A DNA stretch of 64,000 nucleotides from Escherichia coli (GTDB lineage Bacteria > Pseudomonadota > Gammaproteobacteria > Enterobacterales > Enterobacteriaceae). Position 1 is the stretch's first letter. Each line of letters starts with the position of its first letter. Under the pieces are notes generated by a model. The model searched no databases. It had not been told where the DNA came from and was given only the letters and a program-made list of their open reading frames with translations. The translations under genes were made by a program, and so were the position numbers. Shown one piece after another: positions 8,670-18,550 of the stretch. The stretch lies in assembly GCF_045037415.1 (NCBI RefSeq), contig NZ_CP173438.1; one strand, written 5' to 3'.

Positions 8670-9705
8670 ATGAGCGATTCGTTTACTACGTCAGAACTGA
8701 TTACCGCGACACAGCAGGTATTTAAGTTCAATCCGTTGTTTTTAAAGCTGTTTTTCCGTGAGACCTACACGTTTACGAGCGAAGAGGTTTTTCTGGATAA
8801 AATCCCGGGAAAAGTGAACATGGCCGTGTACTGCGCGCCGATGATCACCGGCAAAGTTGACCGCACTCGCGGCTATTCAACGAACCATTTCAAACCGGGT
8901 TACACGAAACCCAAGCACACGATCAATCCGAATATGAGCATCAAGCGCGCAGCCGGTGAGCAGATTGGCCAGCCGGAAACGCCGGTCGAACGTCGTGCAA
9001 AAATCATCATGCAGAACCTGCTTGATGAGGAACTGAGCATCAGCCAGCTCGAAGAGTTCCAGGCGGTACAGGCTGTTCTGTACGGTAAATACACTGTTTC
9101 CGGCAGCAATATCGAGAACCTATGAGATCGACATGAGCCGCAGCGCGACGAATAACGTCACTCAGTCCGGTTCGACAGCCTGGTCGACTCAGGACGCGGA
9201 AACGTATGACCCGAGCGACGATATTGAATCCTACGCGGACCTCGCCTCCGGTGCGGTTAACGTGATCATCATGGATGGTAAAGCCTGGAAGCAGTTGAAG
9301 CGTTTTAAAAAATTCTGGACGGCACTGGATACGCGCCGTGGCTCAAACAGCCAGCTCGAGGTCGCGCTGAAAAACCTGGGCGACGTTGTCAGCTTTAAAG
9401 GCTACTACGGCGACACTGCGCTGTTTGTCTACAAAGGGCAATACCTCGACCCGGTAACAGACACTGAAACGCGTTATATGCCGGATAACACGATGATCCT
9501 TGGCAACACAAAAAACCGCGGGCTCCGCACTTATGGCGCAATTCAGGACGAAGACGCGCTGAAAGAGGGTATTTCCGAAGCGACGCGCTATCCAAAAGTC
9601 TGGACCACTACCGGTGATCCGGCAGTGACGCAAACAATGACGCAATCCGCGCCAGCAATGGTCCTCACGGACGCCGACGCGTTCGTTGTCGTAAAAATCG
9701 CGTAA
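8670..9705 (+). pseudogene. major capsid protein (lambda gpE-like) interrupted by +1 frameshift near 9115-9125; N part 8670..9125, C part in +1 frame to 9705
   Basis: Both ORF-track pieces (151 aa and 190 aa) align to consecutive parts of lambda E by recall; their start coordinates differ in frame (8670 vs 9133). Confidence 0.85.
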
Positions 9706-9739
9706 GAGTCGAAAGGCTCTTTTTTGTTAAGGAATCAAC

Positions 9740-10159
9740 ATGAGCACAAAAACAGAATTGCTGGCGCGTATTGACGATCTGAGCGCTCAGCTCGGTCGCG
9801 AATTACCGCGCAGCGGGACTATTGCGGAACTGGAATCAATCGTTGCCGGCGCTGAGTCAGAGCTCGATATTCTGAACGAGCAATCCGGTGACGCGGGAGG
9901 CATCGAGATTACAGTGAATACTGCGTCCGGGACCGATAATGAACTCGCTCAATCAATCGCGAGCGCTATCGTTTCACAGTCACAAGAGCAGGAGCTCGCA
10001 CCGGCTACGCGCCGCGTCAAGTTGCGTAACACGCTGGACGTTTATCACTACGTGAACGGGCGTCGCGTTCGCGAGATTGTTGCCGCAGGCCGTGAAATTG
10101 TTGTTGATTCACCGGAGGTCGCAGACCTTATCGCAGCTGATCACGTTTACGCTCTATGA
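9740..10159 (+). CDS. DNA-packaging / head completion protein (lambda FI-like)
   Basis: 139 aa, position after capsid gene, N-terminal pattern similar to lambda FI. Confidence 0.5.
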   Translation: MSTKTELLARIDDLSAQLGRELPRSGTIAELESIVAGAESELDILNEQSGDAGGIEITVNTASGTDNELAQSIASAIVSQSQEQELAPATRRVKLRNTLDVYHYVNGRRVREIVAAGREIVVDSPEVADLIAADHVYAL

Positions 10160-10536
10160 GCTACTACGATGACCTCCGGGCCGGCGACGAGGAGATGATC
10201 CGTGAGTGGGGACGGCCCGTTAAATTACGCGGTAAAACCGACCCCATTATCGCTATTTTCAACGAGCCTTACGCGCGCGTTGACGTTCCTCACGCTGGTT
10301 TTATTACCGGTACAGTAACGAGCCTGACGGCGCTCTCGGACGACGTCGCTGGCGTTGTTGCGCGTGACGTCGTCCAGGTTCCAAAGCAGCGCAGCATCGA
10401 ACCTGACGGCTCTGTTACCTGGTCTGGCTGGACCGATTACGTGGTTAAAGAGCCTCAACCTGATGGCACAGGGCTCACGAATATTTTTTTAGAGCCTCAC
10501 ACGTCCAGCGAAAACAGCGAGTATTCAAAATACTAA
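10156..10536 (+). CDS. head-tail connector / head completion (lambda FII-like)
   Basis: 126 aa, position. Confidence 0.45.
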   Translation: MSYYDDLRAGDEEMIREWGRPVKLRGKTDPIIAIFNEPYARVDVPHAGFITGTVTSLTALSDDVAGVVARDVVQVPKQRSIEPDGSVTWSGWTDYVVKEPQPDGTGLTNIFLEPHTSSENSEYSKY

Positions 10537-10567
10537 GTGGGACCTCGGTCCCACTTAAGGGGGAACC

Positions 10568-10948
10568 GTGGCCGATTTACGTAGTAACGCGCAGATGTTC
10601 GATATCGATGTTTCGGCGCTGGAGCAGCTCAGAGTCGAAATCAGCGCGACGCAACATCAAATGTTAATGGTATACAACAGGGCGCTGAACCGAACTGCAA
10701 AACATATGCACCGAATTTCAGCAGGAATGATTTTGACTGCACTGGCAGCTAAAAATCATAAGGCCGTAGATAAACGAATCAAGCCGTTCATTAAGCGCCG
10801 TAATTTTACAAAAGAAGGGGCAGGAGACCTGAGCAGCGCCAAGCTCTGGTACGGTCTGAATGATTTCCGGGTATCTGAGCTAAAGGGGCGATTACAAAAT
10901 CCACGGAGGCAAAAACAGCCTCGCGATCTTGAACCGGCCTGTTTTTGA
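10568..10948 (+). CDS. putative tail completion / virion morphogenesis protein
   Basis: ORF track; position between head and baseplate modules. Confidence 0.35.
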   Translation: MADLRSNAQMFDIDVSALEQLRVEISATQHQMLMVYNRALNRTAKHMHRISAGMILTALAAKNHKAVDKRIKPFIKRRNFTKEGAGDLSSAKLWYGLNDFRVSELKGRLQNPRRQKQPRDLEPACF

Positions 10949-11247
10949 AAACCAAAAAAGGCGCTAGAGGGGCAACTTTTACACCCAAAAGTGCAGGGCT
11001 GGCGATGATGAGTTGGCCCGATTCATTCGTAGCGAAACGCTACGGTGCGAAAAGTGTCTGGATTCGACTGGATCGCGGAGGAATCGAAGAGGCTCGCGTA
11101 CCTGTGCACGACGCGCTGGAGGATGCTATCGATGATTATATTTTTGAAAACATTGGCCCTGTTTTTATGGGCTTTTTTGAGAAAGATTTGCGCGGTCGCG
11201 TGAAAGGTAATGTCCACGTAGACCCAAAAACAGGTAAACGATTATGA
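10945..11247 (+). CDS. hypothetical phage protein (TTG start at 10945; alternative ATG at about 11005)
   Basis: ORF track; 4-nt overlap with upstream gene. Confidence 0.3.
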   Translation: MKTKKGARGATFTPKSAGLAMMSWPDSFVAKRYGAKSVWIRLDRGGIEEARVPVHDALEDAIDDYIFENIGPVFMGFFEKDLRGRVKGNVHVDPKTGKRL

Positions 11248-11780
11248 GCGGACTGGATGCATTTGACGAATATCTTGATCGCGTTAAAGGCGCGGTTTTA
11301 CAAATACCGTTCATCAAAACATTCGGAATTTATCCGGAAATTCCGGCTGGATTTGAAACGCCAGCTCTGTTCCTGGAAATCAGCAACTGGTCACAGAGTG
11401 ACGAATCGGTTCCAGGCTCAATTCAGTCAGTCGAGCTGTCGTGTAATTTGTATTTGCTGCGTGAATTTGCAGCTGATCAGTACGGACTGAAATCGCAGAA
11501 TGCAGCGCTCTATATGACGAGCTGGATCAATGGGCGAATGTTCGGTCCCGGAACTAAACCGGCAAAATTCAGCGACGCGGAACCGTGCGACTGGATTAAA
11601 AACGGGCAGTCAGTCGGTTCGCATTCAGTTCAGTGCGTGTCGTTCACGCAGGTTGTAGGCGTTGGTCCAGATATTTTCGATTATCCCTCACAGGGGACCC
11701 TGAAAAATATATACGTCGGAATAGCACCAGATATCGGCGCAGAACATGAGGGCGACTATTATGGCCCAATCGGACGATGA
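11244..11780 (+). CDS. putative tail completion / neck protein
   Basis: ORF track 178 aa; position. Confidence 0.35.
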   Translation: MSGLDAFDEYLDRVKGAVLQIPFIKTFGIYPEIPAGFETPALFLEISNWSQSDESVPGSIQSVELSCNLYLLREFAADQYGLKSQNAALYMTSWINGRMFGPGTKPAKFSDAEPCDWIKNGQSVGSHSVQCVSFTQVVGVGPDIFDYPSQGTLKNIYVGIAPDIGAEHEGDYYGPIGR

Positions 11781-12663
11781 ATATGCTGCAGCGGAGAACG
11801 CGCGCAGGCTGCGTGACGCAGTTAAACGCGGCACGATAGCTGCAGTTAAAATGAATCCTCCACGCTGCCGAGTCTCATTTGGTGGCGAACACCAGTCAGG
11901 CTGGCTGCAGTGGTTTACTCACGCCACCTCAGAACGCGTCGACTGGAGCGCACCATCAGTGGGCGATCCCGTTACTGTTGTTTCTGAGGGTGGGGATACG
12001 CGGAACGGTGTAGTTATGCTCGGGCTGCACATTGACGACAAAGCTCCGCCAAGCAATGACCCCCATGATCATGTCACTGCATACTGTGACGGGGCTACGA
12101 TGACGTATAACACAAAAAATCACACTCTGACATGGCAGGGCGTACCGGACGGCGTGGTAAAAATACTCGGTGAGTCTGAAATAGAAATATTTGGACGCGC
12201 AGATGTTACTATTAATAGCGAAAATGTAGTTAATATCCATGGTGGGAAATTAATTAACGCAGACGCTGATATTATTAATGTCACAGCGACAGATACAATT
12301 AACGCACATGCTGATTTAGTGAACGTTATAGCAACGAGTTCTGTTAGTGTTACTGCTGCGAACAGAATATCGCTGACAGCTCAAACAATCAGCGCGTGGG
12401 CTCCGGGTGGTATAACACTAGCTGGTCCAACGCATATTACCGAGACATTAGTAGTAGATAAATTAGCGACATTCCGTAACGATATTTCTGTCACTGGAGA
12501 TAACGGTGGAACAGGTAATATCACAACTCGCGGTAGTGTGTTAGCAGGGCAAGAGGTGCAGGACCGACAAGGCACAATAACTGAAGTCCGCACAACGTAT
12601 AACGGACACACTCATATATGTCCGGACGGGGAAACTCAACAACCGAACCAACCAATGGCGTAA
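11746..12663 (+). CDS. baseplate assembly protein V (spike; P2 gpV-like)
   Basis: CRV..GG..SGWLQW.TH pattern typical of gpV N-domain; repetitive C-terminal beta-helix-like region. Confidence 0.75.
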   Translation: MRATIMAQSDDEYAAAENARRLRDAVKRGTIAAVKMNPPRCRVSFGGEHQSGWLQWFTHATSERVDWSAPSVGDPVTVVSEGGDTRNGVVMLGLHIDDKAPPSNDPHDHVTAYCDGATMTYNTKNHTLTWQGVPDGVVKILGESEIEIFGRADVTINSENVVNIHGGKLINADADIINVTATDTINAHADLVNVIATSSVSVTAANRISLTAQTISAWAPGGITLAGPTHITETLVVDKLATFRNDISVTGDNGGTGNITTRGSVLAGQEVQDRQGTITEVRTTYNGHTHICPDGETQQPNQPMA

Positions 12664-12665
12664 AG

Positions 12666-13007
12666 ATGCTTGGAATGGACCGTAACACCGGTAAACTTTT
12701 ATCGGGGACTGATCACATTCGTCAGTCTATCGTTGATATTTTAACGACCCCGCTGGGGACGCGTGTAATGCTGCCGGAATATGGCAGCAAATTATTTGAT
12801 CTTGTTGATAATCCCACAGATCCGTCGCTTGCTATGCGAATAATCATGGAAAGCGCTGGCGCAATAGCACGATGGGAACCACGCGTCAGAATTGACAGAA
12901 TAAATGTGTTAGCAGTGGATATCGGGAAAATAACAATATTAATTATCGCAACAGATATCGAAACACAACAGCGATTAGAGTTTAATAATATGGAGCTGAT
13001 ATTTTGA
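12666..13007 (+). CDS. baseplate protein W (gp25-like)
   Basis: Pattern ILTTP.G.R.M.P.YGS like P2 gpW; ATG at 12666 just after V stop. Confidence 0.8.
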   Translation: MLGMDRNTGKLLSGTDHIRQSIVDILTTPLGTRVMLPEYGSKLFDLVDNPTDPSLAMRIIMESAGAIARWEPRVRIDRINVLAVDIGKITILIIATDIETQQRLEFNNMELIF

Positions 13008-13924
13008 TAACATCAACAGTTCAGAATTCGATAGTGAAAACTATTGATATGAGTCTGCTGCCGCCGCCAGCATTCGTTAAAACCCCGTTATTTTCAGATG
13101 TTAAATCTAATCTACTGTCAGAGCTGCAGATATTATATCCACAATTTAACGCACTCCTGGAGTCAGACCCGGCCGTTAAACTGCTGGAAATAGTTGCATA
13201 CAGAGAAATCATTATTACAGCTCGGGTAAATCAGGGGATGCTCGCTGTATTGCTCGCGTTTGCAAAGGGGAGTGACCTCGACCAGATTGGCGCTAATTTT
13301 GACTGCCTGCGGCTGTTGATAACGCCAGCTAATCCCGATGTAATTCCCCCGACTGAGGCTGTTTACGAGAGTGACGACGAGTATCGACACCGAATACAGC
13401 TATCATGGTATGCGCGGAATACTGCCGGCAGTACGAACGCCTATAACTATTTCGCGCTGTCGAGTGATCCCGACGTTCTGTCAGCTCAGGCGTACGGCCC
13501 GCCGGTGACCCAGCCTGGATACGTCGATATGTATGTCTTGTCGCGAACCGGCGACGGCACTCCGCCTCAATCACTACTGAATACAGTGAATGCGGCCCTG
13601 TCTCCTGACGATACTCGACCGCTGACTGATTTCGTGACTGTAAAACCTGCGTCGAACCTGAATTACCGGGTTGAGGCCGTTATCGTAGCCGGGCTCGGAC
13701 CCGACCAGAACGTTTTGCTTAACGGTGCTCAGAGCGATTTGGCGATATATGTGGATACGCAACATAAAATCGGAGCGACGGCAGCTCTGTCAGGAATTTA
13801 CGACGCGATACATCGTGACGGCACTGAACGTGTGATTCTGATATCGCCAACAGAGGATGTGATCGCTGGCGTCGGGCAGGCTCCGTACTGCACAGAAATC
13901 AAACTCAGCGTGCAAATGGGGTAG
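13004..13924 (+). CDS. baseplate assembly protein J
   Basis: 306 aa, size and position match P2 gpJ. Confidence 0.8.
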   Translation: MITSTVQNSIVKTIDMSLLPPPAFVKTPLFSDVKSNLLSELQILYPQFNALLESDPAVKLLEIVAYREIIITARVNQGMLAVLLAFAKGSDLDQIGANFDCLRLLITPANPDVIPPTEAVYESDDEYRHRIQLSWYARNTAGSTNAYNYFALSSDPDVLSAQAYGPPVTQPGYVDMYVLSRTGDGTPPQSLLNTVNAALSPDDTRPLTDFVTVKPASNLNYRVEAVIVAGLGPDQNVLLNGAQSDLAIYVDTQHKIGATAALSGIYDAIHRDGTERVILISPTEDVIAGVGQAPYCTEIKLSVQMG

Positions 13925-13926
13925 CC

Positions 13927-14553
13927 ATGACAAGTCAAAGCGTACTGCCTCCGAACGCAATAACCCCTGAGAGGGCGCTTGAGGTTGTTTTATCTCACGT
14001 CGGCGATCTGCCTGGCGATATTCGAATTATTAAAAATCCCGATTTGTGCCCTGCAAATCTGTTGCCGTGGCTGGCGTGGGAGTACGCGGTCACCTACTGG
14101 AACCCCGACTGGAGTGAGCAGCAAAAACGCGAAATTATTAAAGCAGCTGCGTGGCAGAATAAGCACCGCGGAACGCGTGGAGCTGTTGAACGAGCGTTAT
14201 TAACTGTTGGCTTTGAGAGCAAAATGAGAGAGTGGTTTGAAGCCACGCCCAGGGACGACCCGTATACATTCGCAATTAAAATATATCTGCTAAAAAGCAT
14301 GGGGTTAGATTTAGAACTATTGAATACATTTATTGCACAAATATTTGATGCAAAAAATTGTCGTTCCTTATTAAAAGAAATAAATTTCGAAACGGGTGTC
14401 GATGGTGAGTTTTTTATAGCCGGTACACCTTACGCGAAAATAGGCGTAAACGTCCCAGCAGACGGCGACGGCGGTGTAAAAATTAACGGCGGGCTATATA
14501 TATCGGGCTCACCAATTGTTAGTTTAAATGTGGAGATAGGGCCAAATGGCTGA
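13927..14553 (+). CDS. tail protein I (baseplate)
   Basis: 208 aa, position after J. Confidence 0.7.
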   Translation: MTSQSVLPPNAITPERALEVVLSHVGDLPGDIRIIKNPDLCPANLLPWLAWEYAVTYWNPDWSEQQKREIIKAAAWQNKHRGTRGAVERALLTVGFESKMREWFEATPRDDPYTFAIKIYLLKSMGLDLELLNTFIAQIFDAKNCRSLLKEINFETGVDGEFFIAGTPYAKIGVNVPADGDGGVKINGGLYISGSPIVSLNVEIGPNG

Positions 14554-15730
14554 AAATAAAATTTACGCAGTACTGACAGACCGTGGCGCACAACTTGAAG
14601 CCGCTGCGCTGGCATCGGGTGTACCCGTGGTGCTGAATAAATTCGTTATTGGCGACGCAAACGGAAACGACGACGTAACACCGGACCCGGCACGAACTGC
14701 ATTAATTCACGAGACGTATCGTGGGGATATTAAATCCGCAGAAAATAGCGGTAACCAGGTTATCTTTACACTTTACGTACCGCCAGACACTGGGGGCTAT
14801 ACTATCCGTGAGGTGGGGATATTAACAGATAAAGGCGAGCTGTACTCTGTGGCGCGCTCGCCGGACATTTTAAAACCTACGGACAGCAACGGTGCGCTGA
14901 TTTCAATCACGTATAAATACACACTCGCGGTGTCCAGCACATCTACGGTTAATGTTGTAGTATATGACAACTACGTAACTCCCGAGGAAGCTGACAAAAA
15001 ATATTTGCAGATAAGTAAAAACTTATCTGAAATTCCCGCAAATGGTGAAACTGCTCAGCAGGCTGCGCGGAAAAATATTGGTATAGATGGGGACGTTGCA
15101 TATAGAGATAAGGGTAATGCATTTACTCATCCAAATACTTTTAAAGATGATGTGATTTTTGAAGACGTTTTATCCTCTAAAAAACAAATAAATATAAACA
15201 AACCGGGCACTGATTTGACGTTGTTTTCATTTGCTGGTTTATCAGATGTGTCGGGCGATTATTTAGATTTTTCGACCCGTGGAGAAAACAATCAGAAGGT
15301 TTTTTATAGATTACGCGGAGTTCACTATGATGGCCTGGTGTTACTGTGCGGCGGGCAGACGTATAAATACTGGAATGAGGCTAATCTTAAACCGGTTAAA
15401 ACGATTAACGGGGAGTCGCCGGATGAAAATGGCAACATAGATATAAGTCTTTCACCGGACCCATCACCGGAAATAGGTGTTGTTGGCGCGGTTGGTACTT
15501 ATGCGCTTGTCGCTATTAATCATGCACCACAAATACTCCCGGGCTCCATATGGGCTGGAGGGGATTTATATTACGCTAGTATAAATAATACCGGTTCATA
15601 TAACACGGATATTGCCACAAAACCATTTTATGACACACCACTTATTGGCTCATGGCGAGCCATGGCGTATTCACCCGGTGGAGTCGGTGATATTGGGACT
15701 GCCTGTTTTTTAGCTATTAGGATTGCGTAA
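14546..15730 (+). CDS. tail fiber protein (P2 gpH-like conserved N-terminus, divergent low-GC C-terminus)
   Basis: N-terminal region resembles conserved tail-fibre anchor domain; C-terminal half AT-rich. Confidence 0.7.
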   Translation: MAENKIYAVLTDRGAQLEAAALASGVPVVLNKFVIGDANGNDDVTPDPARTALIHETYRGDIKSAENSGNQVIFTLYVPPDTGGYTIREVGILTDKGELYSVARSPDILKPTDSNGALISITYKYTLAVSSTSTVNVVVYDNYVTPEEADKKYLQISKNLSEIPANGETAQQAARKNIGIDGDVAYRDKGNAFTHPNTFKDDVIFEDVLSSKKQININKPGTDLTLFSFAGLSDVSGDYLDFSTRGENNQKVFYRLRGVHYDGLVLLCGGQTYKYWNEANLKPVKTINGESPDENGNIDISLSPDPSPEIGVVGAVGTYALVAINHAPQILPGSIWAGGDLYYASINNTGSYNTDIATKPFYDTPLIGSWRAMAYSPGGVGDIGTACFLAIRIA

Positions 15731-16119
15731 TGATAAGCGTTGATTCATTTAGAAAAATAACAAACCCTGTTTTTAATGACGAGCATGGGTTATCTATAAA
15801 TATTATTTGCGATATTGACGGGATTGGAAACGACATTCCATTCACCGCAATGAAAAATGATTGCGAGGAACACGGTAGGGTTTTATATGAAAGAGCGCTG
15901 AGCGGGGATTATGGGAGCATTTCTAAATTTGTAAAAAAAGAGCAGACGCAAAAACTCCAGACTACATTACGGACTGTTGGCGATCTGTCAATTGAGGCAT
16001 TCTCAATTCAGTGTGCAGTAGATGCCGGAACCGCATCTGACGCGCAAATCGAAAATTTGGCCGAGCTTAAAGAAGCAATAGCGACGCGAATTGGTGAAAA
16101 TAGAGAAGGAATAAAATGA
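15730..16119 (+). CDS. putative tail fiber assembly / chaperone protein
   Basis: 129 aa ORF directly after fibre gene, low GC. Confidence 0.4.
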   Translation: MISVDSFRKITNPVFNDEHGLSINIICDIDGIGNDIPFTAMKNDCEEHGRVLYERALSGDYGSISKFVKKEQTQKLQTTLRTVGDLSIEAFSIQCAVDAGTASDAQIENLAELKEAIATRIGENREGIK

Positions 16120-17618
16120 GCGTAACTAATTTTTTACACGGTATTCGCACGCTCGAATACGACGACGGCACAAAAGAGATCAACACAGTAGATATTTCCG
16201 TGATTGGGATTGTTGGTACTGCTCCCGATTCCAGCTACCCAACTTGTGCATCACTATTATGGGGATCAGAGCTCGCAGACAATCTTGTTGAGTTTTCGAC
16301 TGTCATGCCAGGGGCCGACGGAAACAACTGGATTGTTGAAATTGTTGATTTGGGAATTAACGGGAATGTAGCAACTCCAGGATACAGCACACTGCCCGAC
16401 GGTTCGAGAAAATTAACAATGATCACGGACGGTGCCATGACCCCGTCAAAAATGTACGATCAGAACCAGCAGTATAAAGAAGGACTCCAGATTGGAGAAT
16501 ATATTAACGTCACATTCGGTGGTGATCACGCAGGAACGGGGACTGTATTCGCGCTCCCCCCAACAAATTTATCCGGTGGTAAAGACGAATCGTTCAAATA
16601 TAATGTTCCGACGTTAATTGCAGGCAGTCAAAAAAAAGCTGGATTGCTCGGTGGGTCTGGAACCCTTCCTCCCGCTGTATCTGAAATACTAAATCAGGAG
16701 GATGCCATTATTGTTGTTGTCCGCGTCGAAGAGGACAGCGACGAAACAAAAATGCGGCAGAACGTCGTTAACGGGATTAACGCATTGTTGACGTCTGCGC
16801 AAATAAATCAAGTAACGCCGAGAATTTTAATCGCTCCAGATTATAGTGCTAACGATTATATTGCAGAACAACTTGAAGTGGTGACAAATAAATTACGAGG
16901 CGTTGGATATATCGATTCACCGCGAGGCGCTACGCCTGCTGACGTTGTAAATCGTCGTCAGAGGTACGGCGGCAGAATGGAAATTCTGCGCCCTCGTGTT
17001 TATTCTACGAGTGATGTTAGTGGTTTATCTCGTCCGTATTCAGCTATCGCTGCTGGTTTACGAGCCAGAATTGATAACGAAAAAGGGTTTTGGTGGAGCA
17101 AATCGAATCAAAATATCTACGGAATTACAGGACTCGAACAAGTCGATGATTTTATAATCGGTGAAACGAACTGCACAGCAAATCTGCTGAACGCCAGCCA
17201 GGTCAGCACAATTATTCGCTATGATGGATTCAGACACTGGGGTAACTATCTGTGTAGCCTCAGTCCCCAATGGTCCTTTGAATGCGTTCGTCGGACAGCT
17301 GACGTAATTGAGGATTCAATAGCCCGGGCAATGATGACCGATTTTATTGATCGCCCGATAGACCTGCACCTCGGAACAGACGTTGTAGAGTCGATAAACG
17401 CGTATCTGCATAAATTAGAGGAGCAGGGCGCGATTAACGGAGGACGGGCGTGGTTAGATGAAGAGTTAAATACAAAAGAAAGTCTGGCCGCTGGTAATCT
17501 TTATATTAATGTTGACTTTGGACCGAAATCCCCGGCACAAACAATTACGTTAATGTACCGCATTAATAATGATTACACAGTTGAAGCTCTGGCCTCTCTT
17601 TTTAAAGAAACAGTCTAA
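16116..17618 (+). CDS. contractile tail sheath protein (P2 FI-like)
   Basis: 500 aa; N-terminal MS..N..HG...LEY pattern like P2 FI; size and position. Confidence 0.85.
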   Translation: MSVTNFLHGIRTLEYDDGTKEINTVDISVIGIVGTAPDSSYPTCASLLWGSELADNLVEFSTVMPGADGNNWIVEIVDLGINGNVATPGYSTLPDGSRKLTMITDGAMTPSKMYDQNQQYKEGLQIGEYINVTFGGDHAGTGTVFALPPTNLSGGKDESFKYNVPTLIAGSQKKAGLLGGSGTLPPAVSEILNQEDAIIVVVRVEEDSDETKMRQNVVNGINALLTSAQINQVTPRILIAPDYSANDYIAEQLEVVTNKLRGVGYIDSPRGATPADVVNRRQRYGGRMEILRPRVYSTSDVSGLSRPYSAIAAGLRARIDNEKGFWWSKSNQNIYGITGLEQVDDFIIGETNCTANLLNASQVSTIIRYDGFRHWGNYLCSLSPQWSFECVRRTADVIEDSIARAMMTDFIDRPIDLHLGTDVVESINAYLHKLEEQGAINGGRAWLDEELNTKESLAAGNLYINVDFGPKSPAQTITLMYRINNDYTVEALASLFKETV

Positions 17619-17635
17619 TAATCTGGAGAATTGAT

Positions 17636-18148
17636 ATGGCAGATAGTAACACCTATCGTGCATTTGCGTTGTTCGTCCAGGGAGAACGAGTTTTAAATTG
17701 CACTGAATACACTCCCGTCGATATGAAAATAATCGAAGATGATTTTAAGACGGGCGCTATGGATACAGCTATCACTCTGGACGGGGGAATGGAGAAAATG
17801 TCAGCCAGTTTTAAAGTCTCTGGCTCCGATTCTGGTGTGATGGGGTATTTGGGATTAATACCAGGTGCTAAAACAAGGTTCGAAATTCGAAGTGCATATA
17901 CTGACAATTACGGTGTCAATTTTGAACGTATTGATACATATGAGGGGCTTATTACGGCGATTACTGATGACGCGCAGGGGACTGATTCAAAATCAGCAGT
18001 TGGGCAATCAGTAACGATTGCGCCGAGCTATTATAAACGAGTTCAAAATGGAAAAATTATTTACGAGATTCATCCTGCAAAAATGAAACGAGTAATTAAT
18101 GGTGTTGACGTTCTTGCGGGCGTTGCTCGTATTCTCCATGTATATTAA
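17636..18148 (+). CDS. tail tube protein (P2 FII-like)
   Basis: 170 aa directly after sheath. Confidence 0.7.
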   Translation: MADSNTYRAFALFVQGERVLNCTEYTPVDMKIIEDDFKTGAMDTAITLDGGMEKMSASFKVSGSDSGVMGYLGLIPGAKTRFEIRSAYTDNYGVNFERIDTYEGLITAITDDAQGTDSKSAVGQSVTIAPSYYKRVQNGKIIYEIHPAKMKRVINGVDVLAGVARILHVY

Positions 18149-18160
18149 AAGGCAAATAAA

Positions 18161-18442
18161 ATGGAATCATTATTAGACAGTATGACTATTACGCTCTCTC
18201 GCCCGTTTATTATTAAGGGGGAGAGCCGCGATACAATTACTATTCGCGAACCAAAATTACGCGACCGCATTATGTTCAGTAACGATAAAAGTGGTCTTGA
18301 AGAGCGGACAGCGACAATGCTGGCGCGCCTGGCAAATCTGGAGCGTGAGGATTTATATGCACTGCCTGCGTGCGATTACGATCAAATGGAGGCCGCATTT
18401 AACGAACTGGTAAAGCCTCCGAAAGACCGACATCAGATATAG
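18161..18442 (+). CDS. tail assembly chaperone (P2 gpE-like); a -1 frame extension (E'-like) is open to about 18550
   Basis: 93 aa ORF upstream of tape measure; overlapping -1 frame ORF without own start. Confidence 0.6.
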   Translation: MESLLDSMTITLSRPFIIKGESRDTITIREPKLRDRIMFSNDKSGLEERTATMLARLANLEREDLYALPACDYDQMEAAFNELVKPPKDRHQI

Positions 18443-18550
18443 TTATTCTGATTCCGTTTATTGCGAAAAAACTTGCCATCCCGCCCGATACGCAAATGGA
18501 CCTGCCGTACCGGGTTTTTAATTTCTATGTAAACGAGGTCATGAAAATCG

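Noticed and set aside
8670-9705. Capsid frameshift as a programmed recoding event
   Set aside because: Lambda-type major capsid genes are not known to use frameshifting. The break is in the middle of a conserved domain, with no slippery heptamer. A mutation or sequencing error is more parsimonious.
13021-14615. Short overlapping ORFs on both strands within baseplate J/I genes
   Set aside because: Embedded in well-supported baseplate genes. No start signals.
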